Source: Candidatus Tectimicrobiota bacterium (GTDB lineage: Bacteria > JACPSX01). Taken from it: a stretch of 46,969 bases of DNA. Positions 37,870 to 46,894 of this stretch are shown piece by piece. The stretch is from contig JACPSX010000094.1 in NCBI GenBank assembly GCA_016193065.1, forward strand, positions 1-46,969, written 5' to 3'. The translations under genes and the position numbers were made by a program. The notes under the pieces are model-generated. The model saw only the letters and a list, made by a program, of their open reading frames with translations. It ran no database searches and was not told the DNA's origin. Numbering within the stretch: the stretch's first letter is position 1; each line of letters starts with the position of its first letter.

Positions 37870-39104
37870 CGGCGCTTCCGCCCTGTCCTGACCCCCCGCG
37901 CGGTCTTGTGGGTTGGTTTCCGAAGCTTCTTGAGCTTGGCGTCGAGAAGGGGTTTCACCAGCGGGTGAACGGCGACCCACTGTTCGTCGTTCAGGTATTC
38001 CAGGATCGCGAGGGCGTGAATCAGGTCCAGTTCAACCTGAGTGCTTCCTGCGGCCTTCCTTTCTGCGACCTTTGCGAGGGTCTCGAAGTGCTCATTGGTG
38101 AGGAAGCGGTTGTACTGGTTCCTGATCTCCGCCAGGCTCTGGTCCACGTCAGGTCCCAGGATGCGGTTGCCACCTCTGGTGAGCGCTATGGTGCAGGCTG
38201 ACCGCATGACTCGCATGAGATCCCGCGTGACGCCGCCCGAGTTCACAATGGCCTTCTCAAGATGGGCGGAGTCGATGAGAGCCGGGTCAATTCGTTTTGC
38301 GACCGTCTCCGACAGGTGGCGGATCGTTCTTGTGTGCTTCTGGCCTTCACGGGTGAGCACGTGAAAGTTTGGAAGAGTATAAGAGGTTCCGATGGAGGCA
38401 ATTGTCCCAGGGAACTCGTGGGAGCAGTACAGGGCGATCGGCAAGGTATAGATGATCTTACATCTTGGCTGGGTGAGGACCGAAGCGTTCTCGACGAAGA
38501 GATTTCGGCCTGTGGAAAATGGCGCCTTCTCGATGTCGTCAATGATGATCAGGATATCTTTCTCGGGGAGCGCCAGGCGAATCTCGTCCAGGATGGTGTT
38601 GGTGATTTCCATGAGGTCGGTGAGGCGGGGCTCCAGAACCTCGCGCGCCTCTTTTTTGCTCTCTACTCCTCGCTGGAGTCGCCCCAAAACTCCGAGGAAG
38701 AAGGCGCTGAGCTTACCCTTGACCTCGACCTCCGCTTCCTCTTTGTCGATCTTTGTGATCTGGATCGTGTTTCGCCAGGTATTGAGACGGTCGATGAGGT
38801 TTTCGGAGGGGTGGATTCCTTCATCGAAGGCCCGTGTGTACGTCTGGGCGGCGACGGAAAATAGGAGGTCGATGAACCTGACATCGTTCGGGTCGAGGAC
38901 TTCAAAGACCGAGTATTTCACAACGAGGAACTTGTTCAGGATCTCGGGATCAGCGGCCAAACGGTTTAGCTCGGTGGACTTCCCACACCCCCTGTGGCCT
39001 GTGAAGAGGATCTTCTCCCTGGCCTGGCTGGTGAGAAATTCGATCTTGATGCGCTGGAAGGGGTTTCCCTCCCGGTCGGTGTAAAAGCTCGGGTCCCGGC
39101 CCAC
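37866..39104 (-). CDS. P-loop NTPase (AAA+/STAND/KAP-like; family not resolvable by eye)
   Basis: A GTG at 39104 with GGAGGA 8 nt upstream is preferred over the track's TTG at 39131; there is no nearby in-frame ATG. Walker A ILFTGHRGCGKSTELNRL, Walker B DILIIIDDIEK, sensor-like KIIYTLP, helical lid GGVTRDLMRVMRSACTIAL. Basic tail KLKKLRKPTHKTARGVRTGRKRR. Confidence 0.75.
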   Translation of the reverse strand: MGRDPSFYTDREGNPFQRIKIEFLTSQAREKILFTGHRGCGKSTELNRLAADPEILNKFLVVKYSVFEVLDPNDVRFIDLLFSVAAQTYTRAFDEGIHPSENLIDRLNTWRNTIQITKIDKEEAEVEVKGKLSAFFLGVLGRLQRGVESKKEAREVLEPRLTDLMEITNTILDEIRLALPEKDILIIIDDIEKAPFSTGRNLFVENASVLTQPRCKIIYTLPIALYCSHEFPGTIASIGTSYTLPNFHVLTREGQKHTRTIRHLSETVAKRIDPALIDSAHLEKAIVNSGGVTRDLMRVMRSACTIALTRGGNRILGPDVDQSLAEIRNQYNRFLTNEHFETLAKVAERKAAGSTQVELDLIHALAILEYLNDEQWVAVHPLVKPLLDAKLKKLRKPTHKTARGVRTGRKRR

Positions 39105-39135
39105 TCCTGATGTCCTCCGGGCTTGAAGCAATTAC

Positions 39136-39144
39136 AGTATATCA
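39136..39144 (-). promoter_or_regulatory. Extended -10 element (TGaTATACT) upstream of the NTPase gene
   Basis: The minus strand reads ccaTGATATACTgtaattgc about 30 nt upstream of the GTG start. No clear -35. Confidence 0.35.
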
Positions 39145-39215
39145 TGGTTCCCCAAGCGCCCAGGAGGAAGGAAATTGTTTTTGGCTGCGTTCAGGGATTC
39201 GGCCCTTGTGGAGAG

Positions 39216-40211
39216 CTACTCGAGCCAGCCGATGGTCTTGCTGCTGCTCCCCACGAACCAGACGCGGCCGCCGGCGTCGGCGGCCATCTTGCGGATGGCG
39301 GTATTGGCGGAGGGGAGGGCGAGAGTCTCGAACCGCTCGGTGCGCGGGTCGAACCGGATCACGGTGTTGGCGGAAATCTCGTTGTAGACGATCCGCCCCT
39401 GCCCGTCCACGGCGATGGCATACGGTCCGCTGTCCGGTCCCGACACCGGAGGATATTCGGTGATCTTTCCCGTCGCCGGGTCCAGCTTTCCCAGCCCGCC
39501 GCGGCGGTACTGGGTGAACCAGACCGTGCCGTCCGGGCCGATGGCGACGCGGCGGGGCCCGGAGCGCCGGGTGGGCGGTGCATACTCTGTGATTTTCCCC
39601 GTGGCTGGGTCCAGACGGCCGACCTTGTGTCCGGACAGTTCGGCGAACCAAACCGTTCCCCCCTGGTCAACGGCGATCCCGTACGGTCCCGAGCCTCGGG
39701 TTGGGATGGGGTACTCGGTCACTTTGCCGGTCCGGCGCTCCACCTTGCCGATCTTCCCGCTTCGTTGCATTGTGAACCACAGGTTGTCCTGCGGGTCGAG
39801 GACGGGCGTGTGGGGACCGTTGCCGGGGGAGGGGATCGGGTAGCTGCTGAGATCTCCCGTCTTGGGGTTCAGCCGGCTGATCCGGTTGCCGCCCATCGCC
39901 GTGATCCAGAGGTTTCCGTCCCGATCGGCGACGATGCCGTGCGGCTGGGAGCCTTCGGGCAGATTGTAGGAACGGAAGCTCTTGGTCGTGGGGTCCATGC
40001 GAACAACCAGGTCGCTGTTCATGGCCACAAAATACACGGCCCCGTCGGCGGAGGGAGCCGGGTCCCGAGGATACGAGACGGAGATACTGATAGGAAACTC
40101 CCGAACCTGGAAAGCCGCCGTCTGAGGGAGAGGACTCACGGAAAGAATGAGGACCAAAAAGCTCAGTACTGTTCCGACTTTTCGATACACTGAAATCATC
40201 AACTTACCCAT
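39216..40211 (-). CDS. Secreted beta-propeller protein, virginiamycin B lyase (Vgb)/NHL-like repeats
   Basis: The start is uncertain (ATG 40211 or 40199; the track's 40385 extension overlaps hepT). Signal peptide MISVYRKVGTVLSFLVLILSV. Six repeats of the form GPxGIAVDxxGxVWFTExxGxKIGRLDPxTGKITEYP. Confidence 0.75.
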   Translation of the reverse strand: MGKLMISVYRKVGTVLSFLVLILSVSPLPQTAAFQVREFPISISVSYPRDPAPSADGAVYFVAMNSDLVVRMDPTTKSFRSYNLPEGSQPHGIVADRDGNLWITAMGGNRISRLNPKTGDLSSYPIPSPGNGPHTPVLDPQDNLWFTMQRSGKIGKVERRTGKVTEYPIPTRGSGPYGIAVDQGGTVWFAELSGHKVGRLDPATGKITEYAPPTRRSGPRRVAIGPDGTVWFTQYRRGGLGKLDPATGKITEYPPVSGPDSGPYAIAVDGQGRIVYNEISANTVIRFDPRTERFETLALPSANTAIRKMAADAGGRVWFVGSSSKTIGWLE

Positions 40212-40309
40212 CCGGGCCGAGAGGACAGACGGGTAGATTTTCCGTTCTTCCTCGATCGAAGGGACAGACAGGCGGGAGTTGACGATGTGTTGGTTGATCG
40301 TCGGCATCA

Positions 40310-40657
40310 TCAGGCTTCCTTTGGTGGGACAACTCGCTCCAGTTCGGTGATGATTTCTGGGAGTTCCTTGGTTACAGTCTGCCACAGGATGTCGAAGTCC
40401 ACGAAGTCGTACCCGTGGATGAGTCGGTTCCTCATGCCTACAATTTGTGCCCAGGGGATTTGTGGGTGCTGAACCTGTGCCTTTTTTGATATGCGACTGG
40501 CTGCCTCGCCCACGATCTCGATGAGCCGAACCAATGCCAGTTGAAGAAGCCGCGATGTGTCCAGGTCGGGGCGGGTCTTGCCCTGTATAAGAGAGACGGC
40601 CTCCCGGGCATGATCAAGCATGTGGCGCATACGGATCAGGTCTTCATGACTCGACAT
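40310..40657 (-). CDS. hepT: HepT-type HEPN toxin (DUF86)
   Basis: ATG 40657, with a 14-nt overlap with mntA. HEPN Rx4H motif in GMRNRLIHGYDFVD. Confidence 0.88.
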   Translation of the reverse strand: MSSHEDLIRMRHMLDHAREAVSLIQGKTRPDLDTSRLLQLALVRLIEIVGEAASRISKKAQVQHPQIPWAQIVGMRNRLIHGYDFVDFDILWQTVTKELPEIITELERVVPPKEA

Positions 40658-40955
40658 ATTGCACCTGAGCTTGCGACAGAACATCGTCTCGGAAATACCG
40701 GCCGAGGCACTTGGGAGTGTTTATGTCTACGTTCCGCCCGCCGAGGAGACCGGACAGTTCGATTTCCATGCCCGCCAGGCGAATCAGCCCTGGCACATGT
40801 TCGGATTCAAACTCCACTAGCACATCCACGTCGCTGTCCGGCCGGAAATCGTCGCGCAGGACCGAGCCGAAGAACGACAGCTTGCGGATATGGTTGCGAC
40901 GGCAAAACTCAGCGATCTTTTCAGTGGGAATTTCGATCTGAACCTTGCCGTTCAT
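40644..40955 (-). CDS. mntA: MntA-type minimal nucleotidyltransferase antitoxin
   Basis: 103 aa. The GS..D.D motif in FFGSVLRDDFRPDSDVDVLVEF. Confidence 0.88.
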   Translation of the reverse strand: MNGKVQIEIPTEKIAEFCRRNHIRKLSFFGSVLRDDFRPDSDVDVLVEFESEHVPGLIRLAGMEIELSGLLGGRNVDINTPKCLGRYFRDDVLSQAQVQYVES

Positions 40956-41064
40956 ACTTTCACCTGCCTACTCTTGCCAGTCAGGCTCGGGGGAATCGGG
41001 TCATTCCTAGAACGCAATGAGTCCCCTCCTCATGGTCTTATTCTCAAAGAGGCTATTGGGCGTG

Positions 41065-41466
41065 TCAAGGGGTTTCGGAACCTATTTTCGTGAGGGAGAC
41101 AATCTCGTAAAGGCGCTGCCGTCCTTCTTTGCCGCGAATGGCCACGCTCATCTTCTTCCCCACCTGAACCAGGTCCCGGACCTGCTCGTAAGCTTCCTGG
41201 CAAGCCAGGCGGATGTAGGGGTCGAAGTGGCGCCGATCCGCCAGGGTCTTCTCCTTTTCGTTTCTGGGGGCGCAGTTCTCCAGGCCCTGGAGGATGAAAA
41301 CCCGGCACGTGGAGCAGCGGGCGTTGCCCCCGCACACGTGGGTGTGGGCGATTCCCGCTCTGAGGGAGGTCTCGAGGATCGAGGTGCGGACGTCCGTCTC
41401 GACCTTTTTTTCGCCAAAATAATCGATGACCGGCATGGCGTTCCCCTGCTGGAAAACAAGCTTCAT
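41065..41466 (-). CDS. Plant-type [2Fe-2S] ferredoxin-domain protein
   Basis: ATG 41466 (MKLVFQQG..). Cys ligand pattern CGGNARCSTCRV...RLACQ. The about 40-aa C-terminal tail is of unclear nature. Confidence 0.6.
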   Translation of the reverse strand: MKLVFQQGNAMPVIDYFGEKKVETDVRTSILETSLRAGIAHTHVCGGNARCSTCRVFILQGLENCAPRNEKEKTLADRRHFDPYIRLACQEAYEQVRDLVQVGKKMSVAIRGKEGRQRLYEIVSLTKIGSETP

Positions 41467-41881
41467 GATACCAGAGGGGCGGGCGATCAGCCATTCTTCC
41501 CTACCCTGGGCTTCTCGTGAGGTATCAGTACGCGGCCGAGTCCTTGGGGCAGCCCCCTTGGGCTCCCGGAGAGCTTTCGACAAGAGGAAGGGGAGGGACC
41601 GGGGTGCCCCTTGGGGCTCCAGTAAACTTTTGCACGGGAGGGCGATTTGAGTTCGGAGATGTTTGGACTGGAGGGAGGTTTCACCATTCGGGAGGGCGGC
41701 GCCTGCAAAACTTTAAGTCGCCCTACGGGACACACCCGGTCCCTTTCCACGAGAGCAATATAAGGTCGCCTGTGGAGGCTGCCCCCTCGGACGGAAGAGT
41801 ACTTATGTAGGGGCACCCTGCGCCTGCCTGTGCGTGTCCGCACGCGGACAGGCGGGGGCCCTCTGTCGCGTCGATCCCGGC

Positions 41882-41910
41882 TTGACGGACCCCGCCCCGT
41901 GCGTTATATT
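41882..41910 (+). promoter_or_regulatory. Sigma70-like promoter of the modE-modABC operon
   Basis: TTGACG at 41882-41887, a 17-nt spacer, then TATATT at 41905-41910, 30 nt upstream of the ATG. Confidence 0.55.
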
Positions 41911-41939
41911 AACTTGGGAATAACGAACGGGGAGAGGCA

Positions 41940-42338
41940 ATGAAGGATTCCGTTTCCCGTCCGGCGGCACACAGTCGCGACAGGGCTCTGGGCACCGGCC
42001 CCAGCGTCAAGAGCTATCAGGTGACCGGGCGCCTCTGGATTGAAAAGAGCGGTGAGACGTACCTGAGCTGGGGACGGGTGGTTCTCCTGGAGCGGATCCG
42101 GGAGCACGGATCGATCTCCTCGGCGGCACGCTCCATGGGGATGGGCTACCGCCATGCCTGGGATCTGGTGGAGGAGATGAACCGGTTGGCGCCACGTCCT
42201 CTGGTGGAGAGGGCGGCGGGAGGATCGCACGGAGGAGGGACCCGCCTTACCCCCACAGGGGAGGAAGCGATCGAGGGGTTCTGGAAACTGGTCGCCGATT
42301 TCCGCAGGTTCCTGGCCCGTCAGCGGCCTCAGGTGTGA
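41940..42338 (+). CDS. modE: ModE-like winged-helix regulator (N-terminal DNA-binding domain only, no Mop domains)
   Basis: 132 aa: GRVVLLERIREHGSISSAARSMGMGYRHAWDLVEEMN...GGSHGGGTRLTPTGE. Confidence 0.8.
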   Translation: MKDSVSRPAAHSRDRALGTGPSVKSYQVTGRLWIEKSGETYLSWGRVVLLERIREHGSISSAARSMGMGYRHAWDLVEEMNRLAPRPLVERAAGGSHGGGTRLTPTGEEAIEGFWKLVADFRRFLARQRPQV

Positions 42339-42341
42339 GGC

Positions 42342-43112
42342 ATGACCATGAGGTTTCTGGCAGCAGGTCTGGTGGTGGCGGCCCTGGCCTGCGCGGCTCC
42401 TTGGGAATCCGTTGCCGCCCCTGCTGAAGTCACGGTCTTTGCCGCGGCCAGTCTGACGGATGCTTTGGAAACAATCGCCTCGGTTTATAGAAAACAGTCC
42501 CGAGTGAAGATCGTCTTTAACTTTGCCGGCTCCAACGTCCTGGCCCGCCAGATTGAACAGGGGGCTCCGGCGGATATCTTCTTTTCTGCAAACCTCGAGC
42601 AGATGGAGACTGTGGAAGGAAAGAATCTCGTGGACAGGTCCTCCCGGAAAAACCTCCTCTCGAACCAGCTCGTGATCGTGGTCCCCGCTGACCGCGGTCT
42701 CCGGATCCAGAGTCCCGCGGATCTGCTTTCGGGGCGCTTCCGGCGCGTCGTGCTGGCTGACCCTGCCGCGGTGCCCGCGGGAATTTACGCCCGGCAGTAT
42801 CTCGAAAAGCAGGGATTATGGGAGCGGCTGCGGGAACGTATCGTCCCCACTCTGGACGTGCGGGCCGCTCTGGCAGCCGTTGGGTCGGGAAATGTGGACG
42901 CCGGTTTCGTGTATCGCACTGATGCGGCCACCTCCCGCCAGGTGAAGATTGCCTATGCCCTGCCTCTGGAGGCGGGTCCCAGGATCGTCTATCCTGTGGC
43001 GCCTGTCAGGCAAGCAAGAAATTTCGGGGAAGCCGTCCAGTTTCTCAAATTTCTCCAGGGGCCCCAGGCGGCTGAAATCTTCCATCGCTACGGATTTCTG
43101 ACTTTGGAATAA
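42342..43112 (+). CDS. modA: Molybdate ABC transporter substrate-binding protein
   Basis: 256 aa. Signal peptide, then VTVFAAASLTDALE, FNFAGSNVLARQIEQGAPADIFFSAN and VPAGIYARQYLE. Confidence 0.9.
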   Translation: MTMRFLAAGLVVAALACAAPWESVAAPAEVTVFAAASLTDALETIASVYRKQSRVKIVFNFAGSNVLARQIEQGAPADIFFSANLEQMETVEGKNLVDRSSRKNLLSNQLVIVVPADRGLRIQSPADLLSGRFRRVVLADPAAVPAGIYARQYLEKQGLWERLRERIVPTLDVRAALAAVGSGNVDAGFVYRTDAATSRQVKIAYALPLEAGPRIVYPVAPVRQARNFGEAVQFLKFLQGPQAAEIFHRYGFLTLE

Positions 43113-43123
43113 GGGGTTCTCCT

Positions 43124-43804
43124 ATGGACGGTGCGCAATTGGGTATCGTCGCTTTCACGGTTAAAACGGCTCTCCTGAGCACCCTGGTCATCTTGCCACC
43201 GGGAATCGGTCTCGCCTGGCTGCTGGCCAAGAGGCAATGGCCGGGGAAAAGCGTTGTTGAGACCCTGGTCTCTTTGCCTCTGGTCATGCCGCCCGTGGCG
43301 ACGGGGCTCATCTTGCTTATGCTCCTGGGCCGTCGGGGTCCCCTGGGGGGATGGTTATACGAGCGGGGAATTGAAGTAGCCTTCACCGCGGCGGCAGTGG
43401 TCGTCGCCCTTGGCGTCATGTCGTTTCCCCTGCTGGTGCGGGCCGCGCGAGTCGCTTTCGAGGAAGTAAGCCCCCGGCTCGAGCAGATTGCCGCCACCCT
43501 GGGAAGTGGAAACCTCCGCATCTTCTTTACGGTTACTTTGCCCCTGGCCGCTCGAGGCGTACTGGCGGGGACCGTGCTGGCCTTTTCCCGCGCCCTGGGA
43601 GAATTCGGGGCCACAATCATCATAGCCGGAAATATTCCAGGGAAGACTCAGACTCTCTCGCTGGCGATCTTCCAGTTCGTCCAGGTGGGCCGCGACCGGG
43701 AGGCGATGAGCCTGCTGCTCGTGACCGTGATCATCGCCTTTCTCACGCTGTTGTCCGCCGAATGGCTCGCCCGCAGGGGGAAGAAGAAGACGGAGGCCGG
43801 ATGA
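43124..43804 (+). CDS. modB: Molybdate ABC transporter permease
   Basis: 226 aa. EAA-loop-like FSRALGEFGATIIIAGNIPGKTQTL. Confidence 0.9.
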   Translation: MDGAQLGIVAFTVKTALLSTLVILPPGIGLAWLLAKRQWPGKSVVETLVSLPLVMPPVATGLILLMLLGRRGPLGGWLYERGIEVAFTAAAVVVALGVMSFPLLVRAARVAFEEVSPRLEQIAATLGSGNLRIFFTVTLPLAARGVLAGTVLAFSRALGEFGATIIIAGNIPGKTQTLSLAIFQFVQVGRDREAMSLLLVTVIIAFLTLLSAEWLARRGKKKTEAG

Positions 43805-44877
43805 ATGGGTTCCTGAAGGTTCAAGCGACCCTCCCGTTGAGCCAGTTCCGGCTGCAAGTGGATCTCTCGCTGGCCTCACCCGTCACCGCGCTGTTCGGGC
43901 CCTCGGGCGCGGGCAAGACCACCTTGCTGGAGATCATCGCAGGATTGAGGACTCCGCAGCAGGGGCTCGTGGAAATGAACGGCACCGTTTTGTTTTCCTC
44001 CGAGAAGAGGATTCACCTGCCGCCTCAGGCGAGGGGCATCGGTTATGTACCCCAAGAGGGGGCGCTCTTCCCCCATCGCTCCGTGCGCGGCAATATTCTC
44101 TACGGAAGGAAACGATCTCCGCATGGAGCTCCGATCCCGATGGAACACGTGATCGAGGTTCTGGAGATGGACTCGCTTCTGGAGCGGAGGGTCTCGCAGA
44201 TCTCGGGAGGAGAGCGCCAGCGAGTGGCGCTGGCCCGCGCCCTGCTATCCAACCCGAGGTTATTGCTTCTGGACGAACCTCTGGCCGCACTGGACATCTC
44301 CCTCAAGGAGCGGATCCTCCCCTACCTGCTGCGTGTCCGCGATGAATTCCGGGTCCCGATGCTTTACGTCACCCACAATACGACCGAGGTCCTCTCCATG
44401 GCCCAGTGGGTGGTTTTTCTAAGACGGGGAACCGTGATTGCCCAGGGTTTTCCCCGGGACGTGCTTAGCTCCCGAGAAGTCCTGCCCCAGGTGGAGAACG
44501 GCCAGCTCGAGAACGTCATCCAGGGCTCGGTGCTGGATGCCAACAGAGAGTTGGGGATCACCACTCTTTCCCTGACCGATGCCACCACTCTCTCGGTCCC
44601 CTTTGCGGAAAAGGTGCGGGGCGAGAAAATCCAGGTTTCCATCCCGGCCCACGAGATTCTCGTGGCCACCGAAGAGCCGCGCGGGCTCTCGGCTCGAAAC
44701 GTGCTGCCGGGGAGAATTACTTCCGTGCAGTGTGTGCGGGAGTCCTGTTTCCTCAAGGTGGACGCGGGTTTTCCCTTCCTGGTCCGGATTACCCCTTCGG
44801 CGGTGGAAAAGCTCGGACTCCGTGAGGGGGTTCCCGTCTTCCTGATCATGAAGACCCACTCCTTCCGCATTCTCTAA
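43801..44877 (+). CDS. modC: Molybdate ABC transporter ATP-binding protein with C-terminal TOBE domain
   Basis: ATG 43801 (ATGA overlap with modB). Walker A GPSGAGKTT, signature ISGGERQRV, Walker B LLLLDEP. C-terminal NVLPGRITSV...FLVRITPSAVEKLGL. Confidence 0.9.
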   Translation: MNGFLKVQATLPLSQFRLQVDLSLASPVTALFGPSGAGKTTLLEIIAGLRTPQQGLVEMNGTVLFSSEKRIHLPPQARGIGYVPQEGALFPHRSVRGNILYGRKRSPHGAPIPMEHVIEVLEMDSLLERRVSQISGGERQRVALARALLSNPRLLLLDEPLAALDISLKERILPYLLRVRDEFRVPMLYVTHNTTEVLSMAQWVVFLRRGTVIAQGFPRDVLSSREVLPQVENGQLENVIQGSVLDANRELGITTLSLTDATTLSVPFAEKVRGEKIQVSIPAHEILVATEEPRGLSARNVLPGRITSVQCVRESCFLKVDAGFPFLVRITPSAVEKLGLREGVPVFLIMKTHSFRIL

Positions 44878-44930
44878 AATCACCCGCTGCAGACCTTGCA
44901 ATTCCTGCCCCAAGCGGTGATAAACTGGCC

Positions 44931-44959
44931 TTGACGTCTGAATGGGCCGCGCCTAGAAT
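44931..44959 (+). promoter_or_regulatory. Sigma70-like promoter upstream of the binding-protein/SDR genes
   Basis: TTGACG at 44931-44936, a 17-nt spacer, then TAGAAT at 44954-44959. This leaves a leader of about 130 nt. Confidence 0.5.
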
Positions 44960-45097
44960 TGCTTTCATCTACCGAAAGGACAAGCGACTCAGACATCACA
45001 GGAATCCGTTGATGGCTGGGAAAGGAGTCTATGGTTCCGGAAACCATGGATTGAGGTCTTTAGCTATCCTTAAGGTATCTACAGGGAGGGGATATCC

Positions 45098-46090
45098 ATG
45101 AGGAGCACAGCCAAGGGCCGGGTGTTCGGAATTCTGCTTGCGATCTGGGTCCTGAATCTATCCGCCTCGCAGGCTTTCGGGGCGGAAAAGATCACGGTGG
45201 GAACGGTGGGAAAAAACCAGGGCTTTCTCCCCATCTGGGTCGGGCAGCACAAGGGGTTTTTCAAGGAAAAAGGGCTCGATGTGGTCACCGCACCGGTGCT
45301 GAACCTGGATGTGGAGACCAAGGCCTTGCTGGCGGGCACGTTCCAGTTCTCCACCGGTGCTGCCCCGGGAGTGGTCCTCGTCGTCGAGCAGGGCCAGGAC
45401 CTGAAGATCATCGCTGCCCTGAACAACGCCCCGGGACTCAGTCTCGTGGGCCGGAAGGAGTACAAGACCCTGGAGGATCTGAAGGGGACAACCCTGGGGG
45501 TTGCAGGACTCAGAGGAGCGGTGACTGTCCTCATGCAGGAGATTTTGCGGTCCAAAGGTTTTGAGTCGCCTCGGGACTACAAGATGGTGCCGATGGGTAC
45601 CACTCAGGAACGCATGCTCGCTCTGGAAACGGGCAATGTCTCAGCAGTGATGCTCCTGATTCCCACCAACTATATGGCTATGGACAAGGGGTATCCTGAG
45701 TTGGTCAGTTTTCACCAATACGTTAAGGATTACCATTTCGCGGGCGTCAACGTGGTGGGGAAGTGGGCGCGGGAGAATCCAGGCAAAGTGGTTGACTTCC
45801 TGGAAGGTGTTTTGCGGGCCAACCGCTGGATTCGCGAGAGTCGCAAGGAGGCCGTCGAGATTGCTGCTCGGGAGGCCGGCGTCCCCGTGGAATACGCGGA
45901 TCGCACCTACGATTACTACATTACCAACAAGATCCAGCCTCTGGATGGAACCGTCTCCGAAAAGGGGGTGCAGAAGGCGATTGAAAACCTGGGAGAGCTT
46001 GGTGATCTTAAAAGGCCCTATCCACCGGCTTCCAAGTACATCGACATGAGCTATCTACGGGAAGCCCAAAAGAGAGTATTTGGCCGTTAA
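45098..46090 (+). CDS. NMT1/THI5-like ABC-transporter substrate-binding protein
   Basis: 330 aa. Signal peptide MRSTAKGRVFGILLAIWVLNLSASQAFG, then KITVGTVGKNQGFLPIWVGQHKGFFKEKGLDV. GGGAGGGG RBS. Confidence 0.8.
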   Translation: MRSTAKGRVFGILLAIWVLNLSASQAFGAEKITVGTVGKNQGFLPIWVGQHKGFFKEKGLDVVTAPVLNLDVETKALLAGTFQFSTGAAPGVVLVVEQGQDLKIIAALNNAPGLSLVGRKEYKTLEDLKGTTLGVAGLRGAVTVLMQEILRSKGFESPRDYKMVPMGTTQERMLALETGNVSAVMLLIPTNYMAMDKGYPELVSFHQYVKDYHFAGVNVVGKWARENPGKVVDFLEGVLRANRWIRESRKEAVEIAAREAGVPVEYADRTYDYYITNKIQPLDGTVSEKGVQKAIENLGELGDLKRPYPPASKYIDMSYLREAQKRVFGR

Positions 46091-46110
46091 CCATCGGGAG
46101 GGGATGACTC

Positions 46111-46833
46111 ATGTCGCAAGTAGTAATCATCACCGGGGGTGCAGGAGGGATCGGTTCGACTATTTGTCGGGGGCTGGCTCATGACGGACATAAGGTCGCC
46201 ATCGCCGACTTTGACATTGCGGGCTCCGAACATCTGGCCAAGGAAGTCGGAGATGGGGCTCTACCCGTTCATGTGGATGTTGGGAATGCGGAAAGCGTTG
46301 GTAAGATGGTCGAGGAGACGATTAGCAAATTTGGCCAGATTGATGTCCTTCTCAACGGCGCCGGGATCATGCCGCGGACCTATGTCATGACCATGCCTGA
46401 AGAGGAGTGGGACAGGGTGCTGAGAGTTAACCTCAAGGGAGTCTTTCTTTGCTCTCAGGCGGTTGCCCGGCACATGGTTGAAAGAAGACAGGGTCGCATC
46501 ATCAGCATAGCCTCGGGTCTGGGACTCGCCGGGGCGCCGCGCGCAGCCCATTACGCCGCCTCGAAAGCTGGAGTCATCTCCTTTACGAAGTCTTTAGCCG
46601 TTGAACTCGCCCCTCACAATGTCTTGGTGAACGCGATTGGCCCCGGGGTGACAGATACCCCCATGTCCCGGGCGGGATTCTCTGAGGAGGAAAGGAAGAG
46701 ACGGCAATCCCTGGCGCCTATTCTCGGCGGCTATACCCGGGTTGAGGACATCCTCGGTCTCATCCGCTATTTGATGTCCGAGGCTACCAGGAGTGTGACG
46801 GGGCCGATATTTTTCCTTACAGGCCCCGGATGA
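46111..46833 (+). CDS. Short-chain dehydrogenase/reductase (FabG-like)
   Basis: 240 aa: IITGGAGGIGSTI, LLNGAG, and the catalytic YAASKAG. Confidence 0.85.
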   Translation: MSQVVIITGGAGGIGSTICRGLAHDGHKVAIADFDIAGSEHLAKEVGDGALPVHVDVGNAESVGKMVEETISKFGQIDVLLNGAGIMPRTYVMTMPEEEWDRVLRVNLKGVFLCSQAVARHMVERRQGRIISIASGLGLAGAPRAAHYAASKAGVISFTKSLAVELAPHNVLVNAIGPGVTDTPMSRAGFSEEERKRRQSLAPILGGYTRVEDILGLIRYLMSEATRSVTGPIFFLTGPG

Positions 46834-46894
46834 GCTTTGGGGAAGGAAAAGCCGTTCCTCAAGGATCGAGTGTCTTAAAAAAAGGGAGGAGCCG

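Noticed and set aside
41065-41466. The idea that the 2Fe-2S protein is the stump of a ferredoxin-adenylate cyclase fusion
   Set aside because: The tail (..VGKKMSVAIRGKEG..) only vaguely recalls the start of a cyclase domain. I cannot support this without an alignment, so the gene is kept as a plain ferredoxin-domain CDS.
41535-41600. Moco-riboswitch-like string on the minus strand (gctCTCCGGGAGCCcaaggggg...), next to molybdate transport genes
   Set aside because: It only loosely resembles the CUCCGAGCC core as I remember it and has an extra G. I cannot recover the other conserved segments or the pairing scheme. It also lies upstream of a ferredoxin-domain gene, not a Moco or molybdate gene. 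It needs cmscan and is not reported as a feature.
44960-45097. TPP or other riboswitch in the ~130-nt leader of the NMT1/THI5-like binding-protein gene
   Set aside because: No CUGAGA or ACCUGAUCUGGAUAAUGCCAGCG-type TPP core is present, and I saw no other familiar riboswitch signature.
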